Part shown: piece after piece, positions 1 through 14,049 of the stretch
How the letters are laid out: each line of letters starts with the position of its first letter
Numbering within the stretch: position 1 is the first letter of the stretch
Notes under the pieces: generated by a model
What the model was told of the DNA's origin: nothing
Seen by the model: only the letters and a program-made list of their open reading frames with translations
The model's database searches: none
Program-made: the position numbers and the translations under genes
Assembly: GCA_965287045.1 (NCBI GenBank)
Contig: OZ336890.1
Span: 19,716,001-19,780,000 of the forward strand
Length of the DNA: 64,000 nt
Origin: Carcharhinus amblyrhynchos
Taxonomy: Eukaryota
Reading direction: 5' to 3'

Positions 1-1024
1 TGCTTTGCTTTCACTGGAGAGTTTCAAGAAGGCTGGGACACCTGTGCACCCACAGTTAAAGTTGAAACCCCCTGTTAAGATAGCTGTTAATTACCTCGTA
101 ACATATTTAAATTGACATCCTGCCTCTCCCAAGGGGCTTTCTTGCATGCAGCTGAGCAAGCTGCACTTAAATACAAATGTCGACAGGTTGGAACCGGCTT
201 TCCAACACAGTTGATTAAAACATTTTTAACCACCCACCACTCCCAACCAACCTGCTGTGTGAAGTTAAAATTTCTCCACTTGCCTTTTAAAATGCTGTTC
301 AAGTTATTGTAAAATATTGTAAAATACTTTCCCTGTCACTTTTTATGACTTTCTGTATTTATCCTTCCCAATGCAATGATTCGTTTTAAAATTGTTTCTG
401 AAATCTTAAAAGCTTTGGAAAGTCTCTGGAGATTTTGGACATTTTCAATTGAAGGTTGTAGTTTAAAAAACATACATTTGAGGTTGAGGGAATGGGGGCA
501 GTGGCAAACGAATTTGAAATGTCAGTGTGGGTATTGATATCTTCATGTTGTCAAAATTTCACAAGTGTGCTTATCAAAGTCCTACAATTTCAACAGAACA
601 ATACTGGGCTATATTGGCATCTAAGCCCTCTGGCCACACCCTAGATATCAGAAGTCATTGTTCCAATGCAGCACAATTTATTCTCATGTCCTAACTAGAC
701 TTCAGAATATTTCAAGGTTACATGTTTGAACTTCAAAAGATTCAAACACTTCAGTATCCCTCCATGATATCTCTAAATAGAATCCTTGCAAATTCTCCAG
801 GGTTTTGTATTTTGATGTTTAAATACTTCATTGTTAAAGTAGTTGTGGTATCAGGTGGTTCGTATGTGGATTAAAAGAGGTGGCTACTGGAACACTAAAG
901 ATGAAATGGTCATTGTAAATATTTAAAAATTAATGAAAGTGGTTTTATCTCACCTGCTTTAGTTTGGATATAGCAGTCACATCATTGTCTTGTGTTACAA
1001 ATTAGATTCTGTTCCTTTTCAAAC

Positions 1025-1102
1025 CATTTATTATCAAACGTTCAAACATTTACGATCAAATAAACTGATTGGACTTTAACCTGGTGTTGTGAGACTTCTT
1101 AC
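1025..1102. mobile_element. Short Penelope-like terminal fragment with filler DNA
   Basis: ttggactttaacctggtgttgtgagacttcttac is shared with the copies at 16280 and 27468; flanked by direct repeat ccttttcaaac at 1014-1024 and 1103-1113. Confidence 0.55.
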
Positions 1103-4100
1103 CCTTTTCAAACTGACCATTGAAATTGAGGGTATTAATTTTTCTAAACTTTCAAACCGGCAACAATATGCTGTTGTTTTAATAAATCTGGCAGAAGATT
1201 ATTTCAAATATAGCAAGCATTTCATTCTTTCCATATGTTTGGTTTCCATAACGCAAAGTCCAGTCCTTTCAATAATGGTGCTTTTGAAATGTTCTTTTAT
1301 TGTTGATCTTATTTGAGTAAGATCCAGGGTTATTGTCTATAACATCAACTTGCTATTCTATTACACCCCTTCCATTGCTCTCCAGGTAATAGCTGCAGAA
1401 CTATAAAGATTACATTGATTGCTCAAAAATGGATGGAACAATGATTTTACAGAATTTAAAGCCTGTCTAAATGTTGCTTTAGGTCAGTAAAAGGCTTTAA
1501 CGTTAATATTTAACATTAAAGATGAATTTTGCTCTCTTATAGTTGAAAGCAGTTACGTTATTGTCAAGCAGAGAGTACTGGAACACCTTGAAACTATGCG
1601 CTTATATTAAACATCAAAGTGTTTTGTTGTTATGTTGGAAGTCTGACTTTACCTTTCCCGTTATGAATCAAAATCTGTTATAAACTTGTCACATTAGGGT
1701 TTCAAGTAACATCTAGAGTTAGGTTATAGTATATCAAGTGAAGAGGTATACTAAGTATACCTTAGTGAAGAGGGGACTGGCTGCTTGTTTGTGTTAGAAC
1801 ATGGCTCTTTCATGTCCAGAATTTAGGTTGTTCGATGTGATGGTAGTGTGTAATGAAGGGCTGAGTAATATTCACTCCGGGAAGGTTGGCTGTTTTATCT
1901 GATGATACCTGGCTGATGTGACCAATGCTTTCAACTAGAAATCAGGTGCTATAAAGGTTAGAAAGATGATTTAACTTGTCATCCGTGTTTGAAACTTCTG
2001 ATTGTTTTTTAAGCTCCCTGATTGAAATTTGTAATGAGTTTATTGTTTCAAATGGCAACAGAATCAGTGAAAATAGGAATTGGCAGTGAGCCCTAAATGA
2101 TGAAGGGAAAAATCAGCAGGAGCATTTATGCAAAATTATTCTGGTTTCAAAACATTTAATCTTGTGAAAAGAAGCTTTTAAAGGGATGCATCTAACAATC
2201 TGGGACCATTATTTATGTTCCTACTTTTAGATGCTATATCTGAGCAGCAACTTGCAGTTATCTAGTGGTACTTTACATTTTTTTGATCATTAAAAACCTA
2301 TCTGGCAATTTCAACATCTTGAAATGATAACAATTTTCCTACCCATAGAGTTTGTGGTAGTATTAAAGTATGTACTGAATTACCACTTTAAATCCTGTGG
2401 ATAAAATTTCAGTCAATGTGCATTTACCATATATCAAAATGATGAATCAAGTATCCTGTTACAGTCCTTTCTATTTTTTAATGAATGTGGATTTCATATT
2501 GTACCTAATAAACTCAGCACTGTACGATAAACTCTTCAGAATGCTGAATTTGGATGGCAAGCAGAGTGTTACAAAGAGTTTTTTTAATAGGGGAATAATA
2601 AATGATGTCTGTTTCAAGTGATAGTTATTGTGATTTTCCAGAAAGAAATGTTCTGTGACCTCCAAACAGTACTAACTTCATGTCAGGGTATGGGGATCAC
2701 CCTGTTTACCCTGGAGCCCCCAGGCTCCCATCCAAATATCTGCTCCAGCCTGACAATCCCAACATCACTCCTGGCTGATTGGCCTGGGAGTTAAAATTCC
2801 CTCGTACAGAACATTCCATACTTTTTTCCCTCCTACCTATCCAAGCAACCCCCGCCCCCTGCACCCCCCTCCCCACGTTAAAGTTAAGCATGTCTAAAAT
2901 GTCTCTGCATTGTTCTTTGAAAATATGTTTGGATTTCTTTTTAAAGACAGTGTGAAATGTTGCAACCTTCCAGATTTAAGTACTGTATTGGTTGAGCACT
3001 TCAAAATTACAATGCAGTATTTATCTAGCTCGTAAATACCACTTGCTTAATGATCTGCTTATATAAATCTTTAAGCCAGAGTGTCCATTCTACTCAGGAA
3101 TTCCTACTTTACATCTGTTGTAGAAAATCTAAATGTACTGTCTAACAGTACTACTAAACTTTTAGACTGCCTTGTATCTTGTAAATATATTTGAAATCGT
3201 GCAGTATAGGACAGTCCAAAAGTTGAATAAAATCCCAAAATGTGTTTTGTCAAATGGAAATAATTTCTGTGTTTTCTACCTTGTTCCTGTTGCCTTGGCG
3301 GTATTGCAAGGGCATTTATTTAGGTCAGTGTGTAAATGCCGGTGTCTGTGCTACACTGGCAACAATAGGAAATATAGAAATATGTTTTTGTAAAAAAAAA
3401 ATTTTGATTCTGTTAATAGGCTGGATGCAATGTTGAAACGTTGTGGAATTTCTGAATCAATTGAATTTTGATAAGTAGGGTGAAGATGTTCTTTATCAGA
3501 TGGTTCTTAAAGATATTAAGTGAAATGACTAGTTTCAATTCAGTTCCTAATGAACATGAGTCCACAGCATAAGACTGTCTTAGCAACCAACTGAGCACTG
3601 TGCTCAGAACGTAATGAAGTGCATGACGTTGCCAGGTCTTACTATTACACACACCTTCTGTACATTTGCATGGATTTCAGTTTAGCAGCATTGCTTGAAA
3701 TATTTCTAGAAACTACTGTTGTGAGCCTGAGAGAATTTGGGCTGCTCCAACTTGTGCTTTCCCCCAGCCTCAATATGGGATTTTGTCAAACTACAAGTAT
3801 TATCAGATGCAAGTGCCACCTGGGGATTTATTTCTATAGATTATTGCCAGCATGCCATTATTACGATAGTAGAAAGACTATTACAGAACAGGAGTCTATT
3901 TTGGTTTTATATGGGTGTTGGGGGAAAATCAAAGATTAAAGATTTGGAGGGTGGGAGTGAGGTTTCCAGGTGCTGTGTGGATCTGGACCTTACACAAGTA
4001 ACAATGCTGTACGACTCATTTTTAAATGACTTTTGTTTCGGAACACTTATATTCCATCATAAATCTCAGAAGTTGTACATTAAAGCATTCTGGTTCTTCC

Positions 4101-7100
4101 AGCACGAGAAATGAATATTTTGCCCATACCCTACCATTTCTGTCTCATCATAGCTACAAAATGTATGTTTTTTTAAACTGCTTTCAACATAAATTGTTCT
4201 GTGAGCACAATTAAATAGAAGCTGTCAATGTTTAAAATTGTTAAGCGGATAGGAGTAAATGTGTTGAAAATGACCTATTTTTACAATGGGGGATTTACTT
4301 TTTCCTGAAGACTGAAAACCCTTAAGCTAAACTTGAACTTACATACCCTGCCTGCTGGCTTGATGTGTTTTACTGAAGTTTAATGAGAGACTGTTATTTT
4401 GCCCTTTCTCAGGGGAAAATTTAAAGCATGTTGAATTGTGGAAATGCAGATTTAGGCAACTAGCCATAGATTTGATTTTGATGTATCTCTGTTTTAAAAA
4501 TGGAACAGGTTTTTGTATTTGATCGTTCTTTTTCTTTCAAGCAAACATTGTGGTCAACAGACTGTATGTCTGTCAAATGTTGTATGGAGGAACCAAAAGG
4601 AAGCCAGTGGTTTTAACAAGTGGATACAGAAGCTTAAAGGAAGCCTGGCTCTTGATTCACATAAACATGTAGAAAGCTGTGACCCAATGCTAATTAAGCA
4701 AAGGAGATTTTCTTTCATGTCCTAATGCCTGTTCCTCAAATTCCTTTTTAATCAAAAACATGGCAATTTATCTAACTTCGCTTCCAGTAAGTATCCCTGT
4801 AGGCAAAAAGAGATCTTTTTGAAGTGATTGTTTTGTTTAAAATAGCATTTTACTACATCAACTGTTTTATATATAAAAATCGAAGTAATTGACACATCCA
4901 AACGATTTTAAATAAATTGGCCTGTTGTTATTATTTCCCCTACGCTTGTTTATTTTTAAACTGGTGTAATGTGGTATTCCATTAGGAAGCACTTGTGAAG
5001 TTATCTGTTTTGAAATATGTACTGTGTGTACTACATAACTTTTTAAAACCTGGCATTTATGGATCTGTGTATTCTCTGATTAGTTAACTTATAATGATGG
5101 ATGGCTCTTTTATGATATTCACCATGGAAGTAATTACTTCTAGAATATGATGGTACTGCACGTTTGAATTGCAAAATAATGGTATCAAGATTTTTTAAAT
5201 TCAATTTTCCATTAGACTTTTGCATTTCAGTCAGTTGTATAAATTGATATCATCGCAATCTTAGAATTCTTTGAAGAACTCATGCCAGTAAAGCTGTAAT
5301 TAACATCATTTCTGGATTTATTGGATCTTGTATTGAACGTTTGCCGTTGAACTTGATACTTGCTCAGGTTTAGTTTGCTAACAGCTGCACTTCTGAAATA
5401 GGCATGGTCATTTCACAGTTAATTGTAAATTTTATGTCCTAATAACATTTACCCTAATGATAGTGTATAAGAAATGTGACAAAGCTCAAGTCTAGTTATG
5501 GTTCCATGATGGAATGCTGCTCTGTTCAGAACAGTCAAAAGCAATTTTGACCAATTTCATTAATAGCAATGGTTTGAAACACTGGTTTTAATTGGTGCTA
5601 AAACAGTTACGTCAATGAGTGAACGATCAATGTGGACTCTCTCGCTCTCTCTCATTCACTTGGTTCATCACTGTTTATAAAAGCAATGTTCTATCTCAGT
5701 ATACACAAGTGCCTGCAGTTCAGTTTTATAGAGTGGTGTATAGTAATTGCAAAATTCTGGTATCAGTTAAAAAAAAACTCCACAGGGCAGCTAATATGAA
5801 GTGTAGTATTTGAGGTATGATTTTGTTCTCGATCTTGTTCACTGACTTAATCTGGGAGATCTTAATTTGAGTTCAGTGAAAGATCACAACCGAATTCTGT
5901 TTAAGCAGTCTTTTCCTTAAAGTGTGCTGAATTTATACTTTGACCATTTCCTGTTAGGCCCAATATTAAAGTGGTACAGAGTGGAATCATAAAACTGATG
6001 CTACAGCTGGTGCTCTACTGTGGCAGAGGTGCATAAATCAGAACAATGCAAGGGAAAACAGTTCTAGAAATAAGGCCATATGTATTTTGATTTTCGAAGA
6101 CCTTGAGGTGAGAATGACAGCAATCAACTTTGACTCAATCAAGCTGGTTTATTCAGCTATCAAACAACAATTTTGTCCAAAAAAGTATTTATGCTTATAC
6201 CTATGTAGTACAGTTCAGAGAATAGGTTGAGCAAATTTTGTTCTGAGAGAAACAGAGTTAATCTCTTGTAGATGGTTCTCAGTACTGAGAAATTAACTAC
6301 TACACACAAATATCGTTTGCTCTCCTGCCCATCTCTCTCAACCCACCCTCCTTTTTGTACCAGCTCAAGTAGTTACTAAATAAGGCAAGGTCCCTCTGCT
6401 CCTCCCAAGAATTTTTTGTTACCATATAAGTTGTTTTTCTGCATTTCTGATCACAACTGGCCCATTGGTTAAGAAGTTTGCTTTTGAGGTTTGCTGAACT
6501 GGTAGTTCACTCATTATTCTTCAGCTTCAGATGTAACATTGCTTATTATCATGTTCTTACAGTGCATTATCATGAATGCTGGCTCTTATACTTCTGCACC
6601 CAGACTTAGGAATGTGGCACAGAATGTATAAGGGGAAAGTGTTCTATTTTCAGAACTGTCATCTTTAATTTTGAAGAAAGCCACACACTAGTGAGATCCA
6701 CAGAATCTGATGTAAAGCAAGCTGTATGAATACGTAAAGTTAAGTACAGTACTTAAAGGTTTAATGTACTTTATCTTACATGACCGACCTAATAAAACCT
6801 GTGATGGGTTATGATCTTTTTGAGCTGCCCAGTTTTGTACAGGAAAGTATGGTATGCTTTTAAGTATGTGCACTAAAGCCTCATAAACATTGATTGTCTT
6901 GAAGTTTGCACTTTCAGTTTGTCTGCTGAAAGAAGGAATGCAATCTGTGTTATTTGTAAATTTGCATTAATGTTCATTGTGATGTTTCTGGTAAGCACAA
7001 TTGTAAAACAAGTTCTTAACAAAGCTACTGCTCTTTCTTTGACCTACATTTGAAAGCTGATAATAATTCATGCATATTCATTTCTGTCGTATAACCTAGT

Positions 7101-8099
7101 TTATGGTGTTCTGTAACATAGATTGTATGCATTTGTTGAATCTGGGAGAAGATTTGCCAAAGGTTTTTCCATTATTCATAGTTTATGCCTCTGAATCGCT
7201 ACTGAGGTAAAACCTGATCTAAATGCTGAAGGGAAACTTTGTTTACACTCAAAAGTGGTTTTGTTTACAATTGAAAAGTCAATTCTAAGATTGTCCTTGC
7301 CCTCGATAGACTGGGTAAGACTGTGATATCCTCAGTTATGAAGTGACACTTTTTGATTCAGTGATGGGGAGCTGGCCTATCCATCTGTGGTAGAGAAAGA
7401 GGAGTTAGGAGCCCAGAAACTTAGCAACTTCTCCTATGCTTCCAATCATTTCATCTCCTTGGTCCCAATGGAGTAGCAAGGCCCTTGATTACATAGTAAA
7501 AATCATATATTTGTTATTATTAGACATGCAACTATCCTTGATTATATTATAAATGATTTCAACTATTATTTGGTCTCTTTTGATCATTTTAAATTAGGAC
7601 ATTAATTTTAATATTTGCATTGTATGTTTTGAAAGATTAAATTTATGCGCTGGTCAGCAATAAGATTCTGGTTTTAGATGCAACTTTTAACCATGTCAGT
7701 GGCTTGTTCTCTCAAGAGATTAAAGCAACATAACTTTTACACATGCTTCAATCATCTTTAAAATGCAGAATTACTTGTTCAATCTCAGGCTTTTTCTTCC
7801 AAAGAATAATGTGAATCTTAAATTGTTTGATTTGAGAAATAAAGTGATGGAAAACTCTACTGTCTTGGTAAACTTTTTCTTAGTGTGAATTTTTCCATTT
7901 ATACAGCACTTAAAATGCTTTAAAATACTCCTCCTGAGGGCAGAACCATGAAAATGTGTCTTTATTCAGTTTACAAAGGCATGTGCAGATGGGGGAGGTT
8001 ATTCAACCTGTCTAGCTCATTCTTCCATAGAAAGCAGTGATGTCTTTTCATGAGTCTTGAATTTGATTTCCACTAATGGCCCTTTGTCTTGCAGTTGAA

Positions 8100-8770
8100 G
8101 TTTAAATTAATTTCCTATTCTGATTTCCCTCTCCCAGTAAGTTTGGTATCTTGCATTCCTTTATGTTCCCTTTCATTCAATTCATTTCAAGACTGAAAGG
8201 CTTGCATTTTTCGAGCCAATCCTCTTAATTCAATCCTCTGTCATTTAAAGTCAACTTTGTGGTCTCTTTTGGCATTACCTTCAGGGACTGGATGTTTCCT
8301 TCTCATCTGGATAACTAGACCTACAGGCACTCCTCAAAGTGACCTGACTAAAGCACTGTACAGTGTAAACATGACTGCATCAGACTTGCCATCTGGCAAT
8401 ATGGCTTAGCATCCTGTTTCATTGTTTGCTGGTCCCTAACTGATTCATCATAGTCTGTTAAATTGTCTCCTGTTCTTGCAAGTGTAATATTTAGTATTTG
8501 TTTAAAATGTTATCTTTTTCTAAATGTTGTCAAAAACCTGTTATACTTCGTTCACATTGGTTACCAACCCACTAACTTCATATAATTTGTGCAGTTTACT
8601 GAGTCAATTTGATTTCTAAATCAGGGTCCAGTGTTGTTCAATGCATTCCATTCAGTACATCTCCCCAACATCATTCTCTCAACTACTACCTGCCACTATT
8701 TCTCTTCAGCCAATTCCTTTTCCACACTCAGGAAGCCTACTTAATTTAAAACATAATTAAAAGTTTTCTT
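8100..8770 (-). mobile_element. Highly decayed CR1-type LINE fragment
   Basis: Resembles the reverse complement of the CR1 ORF2 C-terminal region seen in younger in-window copies (17800-18000); many substitutions, no ORF. Confidence 0.45.
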
Positions 8771-9469
8771 GGCACATAGGTTGACTGTGTGCAGAAGAGA
8801 CACCAGAGTCGAATCTCTCTCAGCTGAAACCATGCTGACTGCCAATTATTAGTTTTATTTTTATTGTTCTAATCATCTAGGTTGTTTATAGCAATTTTGT
8901 TGTTTTTGCAGTGAATACAATGGCATAAATGTGTTCTGTTGATTCTGACAAACCAAATCCCCCTCTAATGGCACATTTCTAGTTGATGTGGATAAATGTA
9001 CACTCTCTTCAGCTCTCTGCAATAGGAAGATTGCAAATCTTTTTGTATATTGTATTTTCCTAAAAGCATTGCTAAAATCAAGGAATTATTTCCACAATCT
9101 CATACTACATTAGCGCACTAATAACCTTTCTGTTTAACGTCCAGTCCTGGAATTGCAGACTGTCTATATTTGGTTCATATTTTATTTCATATGTTAATAT
9201 GTTTTGTTCGGTGTTTTTATATATTTTCCATTGGTCCTTAGAGACATTATTCTAAATCAATAAATTAGCTCAACGTATGCACAATTAGCACATGCAAAAA
9301 ATTGATAGGTACACTTATGTAACTTATGCCCATCTTGAATTACCCATTGTCACCTTCTTGAACCACTGTGATCCCTTTGGTGTAAGTATACCCCCCCGTG
9401 ATGTGAGGGAGAGAGTCCATGATTTTGATCCATTATAAATACATCACTGAATATAAGAATTATATAGCA

Positions 9470-9700
9470 CCTGGCCAGCTTTCCATCTTTCACCCATGGT
9501 AAATTTGAGGTTATTCAAAACTCTGTTGCCCATCCCTGAAATTGCAGCAAGTTTTCTTCTACTATCTATCACTCAAGTTAGCTGACCTACATTGGCTTCC
9601 AGTGAAGAAATCCCTCCTTTTTTTTCAAAACTCACCTTGTAATTTTCAAATCCCTTCGTGACCTCACCCCTCATTATTTCTATAATGTCCCCTGGCATTA
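9470..9700 (+). mobile_element. Decayed L2 LINE 3' fragment
   Basis: caaaactctgttgccc...gctgacctacattggcttccagt...ttcaaatcccttc parallels the L2 copy at 14600-14750 (QNSAA...LHWLP motif). Confidence 0.5.
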
Positions 9701-11119
9701 AAAACTAGTGTTCAATGAAAGGCATCATATGGGGTAAGATGCGATATCAGGACGACTTCAGGCTCCTTTGTTGGAAAAAACGTAAAGAAATGGCTACAAT
9801 CTTTAACTGGAATGATACGTAATACTGCCAAATATACCAAAAATATATACCAGTCTAAGTACTGAAGAAATTTTTACTTTTTGGAAGAAAATTTGACTGG
9901 AATTCAATAAATTATTTATCAGAATCAATTATTCTTTCCCATTTTTAATAGTTTCAAAAATATAATTGGGTATAGCACCATTCAGAACATTTGGTGATCT
10001 GGTAGAATAATTAATCAATGAAGCTCTGTAGTTCTATACAAACTAAGGAATAAATATGACGAAAGAGACAATTCAGCTTGTCCCATTCCATTCCAATAAA
10101 TAGAGGATGCAACACAAGTGCAACAATTTTGTTATTCATGTTTATCCTGGCAGCTTTATTCATCGAGTTGTGAACGATTGGGCATATAAACAGAGGTGCA
10201 GATATGTTAATAAAAATATAGAGGGAGAACAGACTGAAGAATATTTTACCACTGTTGTATCTTAAAAATGCAAAAGACCCATCTAATGATAATTTTCATG
10301 CCCTAGAAGCCTAATGGTTTCCAGTCTTGTGTCCTTTTGGAGATTTCTAATGGAGAAATCGCATGACGAAGTGGGTGGATTGATTTTTTTTTATTAAAAT
10401 TGAAAAATATTTTTGAAATAAAGCTACTTGTCACCTTACATTTTCAATTGCTGAATATATAATAGATTCACAAGTCCCTGAGTCTATTTGTGTTCACATC
10501 ACAGCTGGATTTGCACATTACTGAAAAACAAATGGCCTGGTTTTCCTCATTTTGTAGATTTGCTGCAGTAAATGGAGTAAAATGTCTTCCCAAAAACAGC
10601 AGCAGTTTTATTTTAAGGCCAGCCAGAAGCACAATCTATCATATATTAATAGGGTCAACAGGGCTAGCCCTTCGAGCCATTTTCCTCAATTTCAGCTTCA
10701 AATAATTACAACTATTATATAAGCGGCAGTGGTAGCTGCAGTCAAGAATCCCTGAAGGAGGTACCACAGTGAGGAGACCATGTTGTGAGTTGTTATCAAA
10801 GGTTACTTTGCCTGCATATTATCTCATTAATACTTCTGGTGGTTCAGTCTGAACTTTTGCTGCTGGTTTTACTCAAATTACTGCTTTATAGTGCAGCCGT
10901 GGATTTACTCATGCGGATACCACTATTTTACCCTGAGGAGAAGAACATAGAAAATATTGGATATGAAGTTTGAATCAGACTTTACAATTCCTCACACATT
11001 AATACCAATTCAGCAAGGGCTACAGAAGGTCTTTTTTTTTGAATGTTAGTGCCTCAAAAGGCTGCACTCCTATCTGAGAAAAGGTAAAAATGTGCAGCCG
11101 CCTCTACACAAGCAGAATA

Positions 11120-11410
11120 GGGGTGGCACAGTAGCACAGTTGTTAGCACTGCTGCTTCACAGTGCCAGGGACCTGGGTTCGATTCCTGGCTTGAGTCACT
11201 GCTTGTAAGGAGTTTGCACATTCTCCCTGTGTTTGCATGGGTTTCCTCCGCGTACTCTGGTTCCCTCCCACATTCTGAAAGACGTGGTGGTTAGGTGCAT
11301 TGACCCGGACAGGTGCCGGACTGTGGCAACTAGGGGAATTTCACATTAACACTGCAAATGAAGTTAATGTGAGGCTTACTTATGACTAATAATAAATTAA
11401 CTTTAACTTA
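11120..11410 (+). mobile_element. tRNA-derived SINE (HE1/V-SINE-like, elasmobranch type)
   Basis: A-box-like tagcacagttg and B-box ggttcgattcc, central ggagtttgcacattctccctgtg...gggtttcctcc domain, short-repeat tail; homologous copies at 23009, 57822, 59305. Confidence 0.85.
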
Positions 11411-13024
11411 TTCTCAACCAGTAAATGCCACCACTGCCCTGAATTTTATTTTGAAGTTGGGTACCTCCAAGCAGCCCTTGCCCATTTTTTTTTCCCGTAT
11501 CATTCATAATAGGCACACACACGCAGCACATCTGTATTTCCACAGACTTATAGGGTGGAACTTTACATGATTCTTTCTCAGTTTCACGCTAGCCTGATGC
11601 TTAGAGAGTTCCTGATTCAATTTTTGGGCGTGTTTTCAGGCCCAGTGTTATGCAGTCTGCAAATTTTGGGTGAGTCCATTTCTCACTACAGAAGACAGTG
11701 GGTGGAACTTAACATGCCCAAAAGCCTGCGGTTCTGATTGTGCAGAAAAAAGCCTAAAAGCAGCACAGCTGCCAGATCCTTCCTGGGCTGAATAATGCCT
11801 CCCCCTGGCCTCCATGGATGGACCATTAATTAGCAGCTGACTTGACCTAACTAGGGGCAGCTCCATAAAATTCCCAAGGATGGACAGACAGGCAGGCAGG
11901 TAGTGCAGGAAGAAAAGGCATCGAGGAACGTGCTTTGGAGGAAAAATGAAACTTTATCCATTGGTTTATTTAACTTGTGTGTTATCGAGCCAGTACAAAC
12001 CTTTGATTAGCAGTCTTGCCTCTGGATGATCAGTGTTCACATCTACAGAGAGGGCTGTGGTTCCAGCAAAGCTTTCCCAAACAGGGAAGTGACATACAAC
12101 CAGTTGCAGGCCAATTAAAGACGTGTCATGTAAGATGACAGTATGATGAGAAATTGGGTTTGTCAGCACCTGCTTTTTAGCTAATGCAACTGCCCTTAGA
12201 GACCAAAATGTCTGCGGTGTATACGTATACGCGAGGCAAATTGCTTTGGACACCATATTCATATAAGAGTTGGCTGAGTAAATATCCACCCTAAATATTC
12301 AGAACGGACTGATCATGGTGATGTGGAACAGTTTATAACAGATGTGATGCCACTGATGCCATTTTGGAATTCATGCCCCAACCAATGCCCCTCTAACCAA
12401 GTGCAGTTGAACATGTGTTCAGCAGCATGAAAGATACCCATCCACCACCATCTAAAGAGATCATGACTGATTTCTGATCAGCTGCTGCCTGATTGCTTCT
12501 GATTGTTGCCAAGATTCGACAAGAGTTGGTACTTTCTGTAGCTGTTTCAAATTGCAAAGGTCTAGAGGGAATGCAGTGGCAGGTGCTAAAGAACGTTTTC
12601 TTGTTGACTTCAAAGCTTCTGCACAAACCAGTTGCTTCCAGACATTGGAAAGCTAGTCAGCAATTCCCTTGGTATAGCGCGTGACTTGGAAAATAAAGAG
12701 AGATCACACAGTCAGGATGAACTGCTGGAAGAGGGAGGAGAAGGAGATGTTGCCTCACCAACTCTCCTCCTGGAACGTCATTGAGGAACCAGGTGTAATG
12801 ATGCCCTCCCTGCCTCCTACATTGTAAGCTCAAAACAAGACAAAAACCACGTTGCCAGTGGATGTGAAGGTGACAGTGATGATGAATGCCTTTGCATTTG
12901 GTTCCTTCCAGCTTCAACCTGGAGATATTTGCAACATCTCACATTTTGCTGTGAAATGTTACAAAGGGAAGTCCCTGAGGCTCCCTGTCAAAGAGTGCTA
13001 ATGAAATGTTATTCTCTCCTGCCA

Positions 13025-13245
13025 GAAAAGTATCACATAAAACACTGGTTAACAAAATTGATGCTAATGAAATAGGAGGTGTCAGTGTTGGCTAGGATAA
13101 ATAATTGGCTTAAGGAGAGAGAAAATATTGAGTCCTAGTAAATGTTTACTTTTCAGACTGGAGGATGGTAGAAAGTGCATTCCCCAAGAGTCAGTGCTAG
13201 GACCACTGTTTTTGTTTCTATATGACTTTGATATTAGAGTACAAG
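13025..13245 (+). mobile_element. CR1-type LINE reverse transcriptase fragment
   Basis: Translates (with frameshifts) to KVSHKTLVNKI...NNWL...IPQESVLGPLFL, matching the RT PQGSVLGP motif. Confidence 0.75.
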
Positions 13246-14049
13246 CGTACATTAATTACCCTAGTACATTGCCTAAGTACCTGCCTTCTGTATACCTTGA
13301 TCTGTCATACTGATCCTCTGCAGTACTGCCCCAGTAGCTGCACTATTACTGGCAGAAAACTGCTGACACTGTTTGATTTTCCCAGTCCGATGGAATTGGA
13401 GATGGGTGGGCCAAGAAAATAGAGGGAAACTACTCTGGGAAACATTCCTAAGGCAGAGATTGCAAATGCCCTTGCAGGATGACCTACAGGAGCTCTGGAC
13501 CTATCTGTAGACTGCACCAACTCAGCATGGACAGATTGATAAGCAACAGCAAAGGCAGTGGTGGAGTGGTTGGAAGTCAGAGAGAGAATGCCGTCTTCCT
13601 GAATTTCATGATCATTGGAGCCACTCTGTCATTCCTGGGGTGATAATACATTGGAGAAAAGATTCCCGAACTTCAGAACCACTTTACACTGTATCTACAG
13701 CCCAGATGACTTACATTGCAGCAAACTGATTTTATGTGACAGAAATTGAGTTGTCACTGCTGCACTAGATGATGGGTGCCTGCTTCTTGTGTTGCAATGG
13801 AAGCTCCAACATCAGCGATCAGACACCACATCATGATTAGACCCACAAGTATGTAAAAACATTGGCTCCACTTTGACTCCAGAAAGACGGAGCTCTGTGC
13901 AAAGCCCTGTACAAGTCAGTGTTGGACTCCTTCATGGTCCCTGATGTGAACGCAATCATTCTTGCAGGCTTCCCAATGCACCAAGCATCCTATGTGCATA
14001 TCAATGAGTGTTCTTCTATAGGCTGTCCCATCGATGTCTTCATCTGTGT

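Larger units (their letters stand above)
1..9285 (+). other. Putative long 3' UTR (terminal exon) of an upstream gene whose CDS lies left of the window; TBC1D16 is the syntenic candidate
   Basis: No credible ORF; AT-rich with T-rich + strand; few young repeats; AATAAA at 9259-9264, after which repeat density rises sharply. In human, TBC1D16 lies upstream of CBX4 on the same strand. Identity is inferred from synteny only. Confidence 0.4.

Noticed and set aside
11120-11200. tRNA genes
   Set aside because: A/B boxes belong to SINE heads; no complete cloverleaf.
12818-12848. V(D)J recombination signal (ACAAAAACC nonamer; scattered CACAGTG heptamers)
   Set aside because: No heptamer-nonamer pair at 12 or 23 bp spacing among those checked.
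11600-12950. Possible Harbinger/PIF transposase relic (SLIGLQLVVCH resembles SLNVQLVCD)
   Set aside because: Too degenerate; catalytic motifs and TIRs not identifiable by eye.
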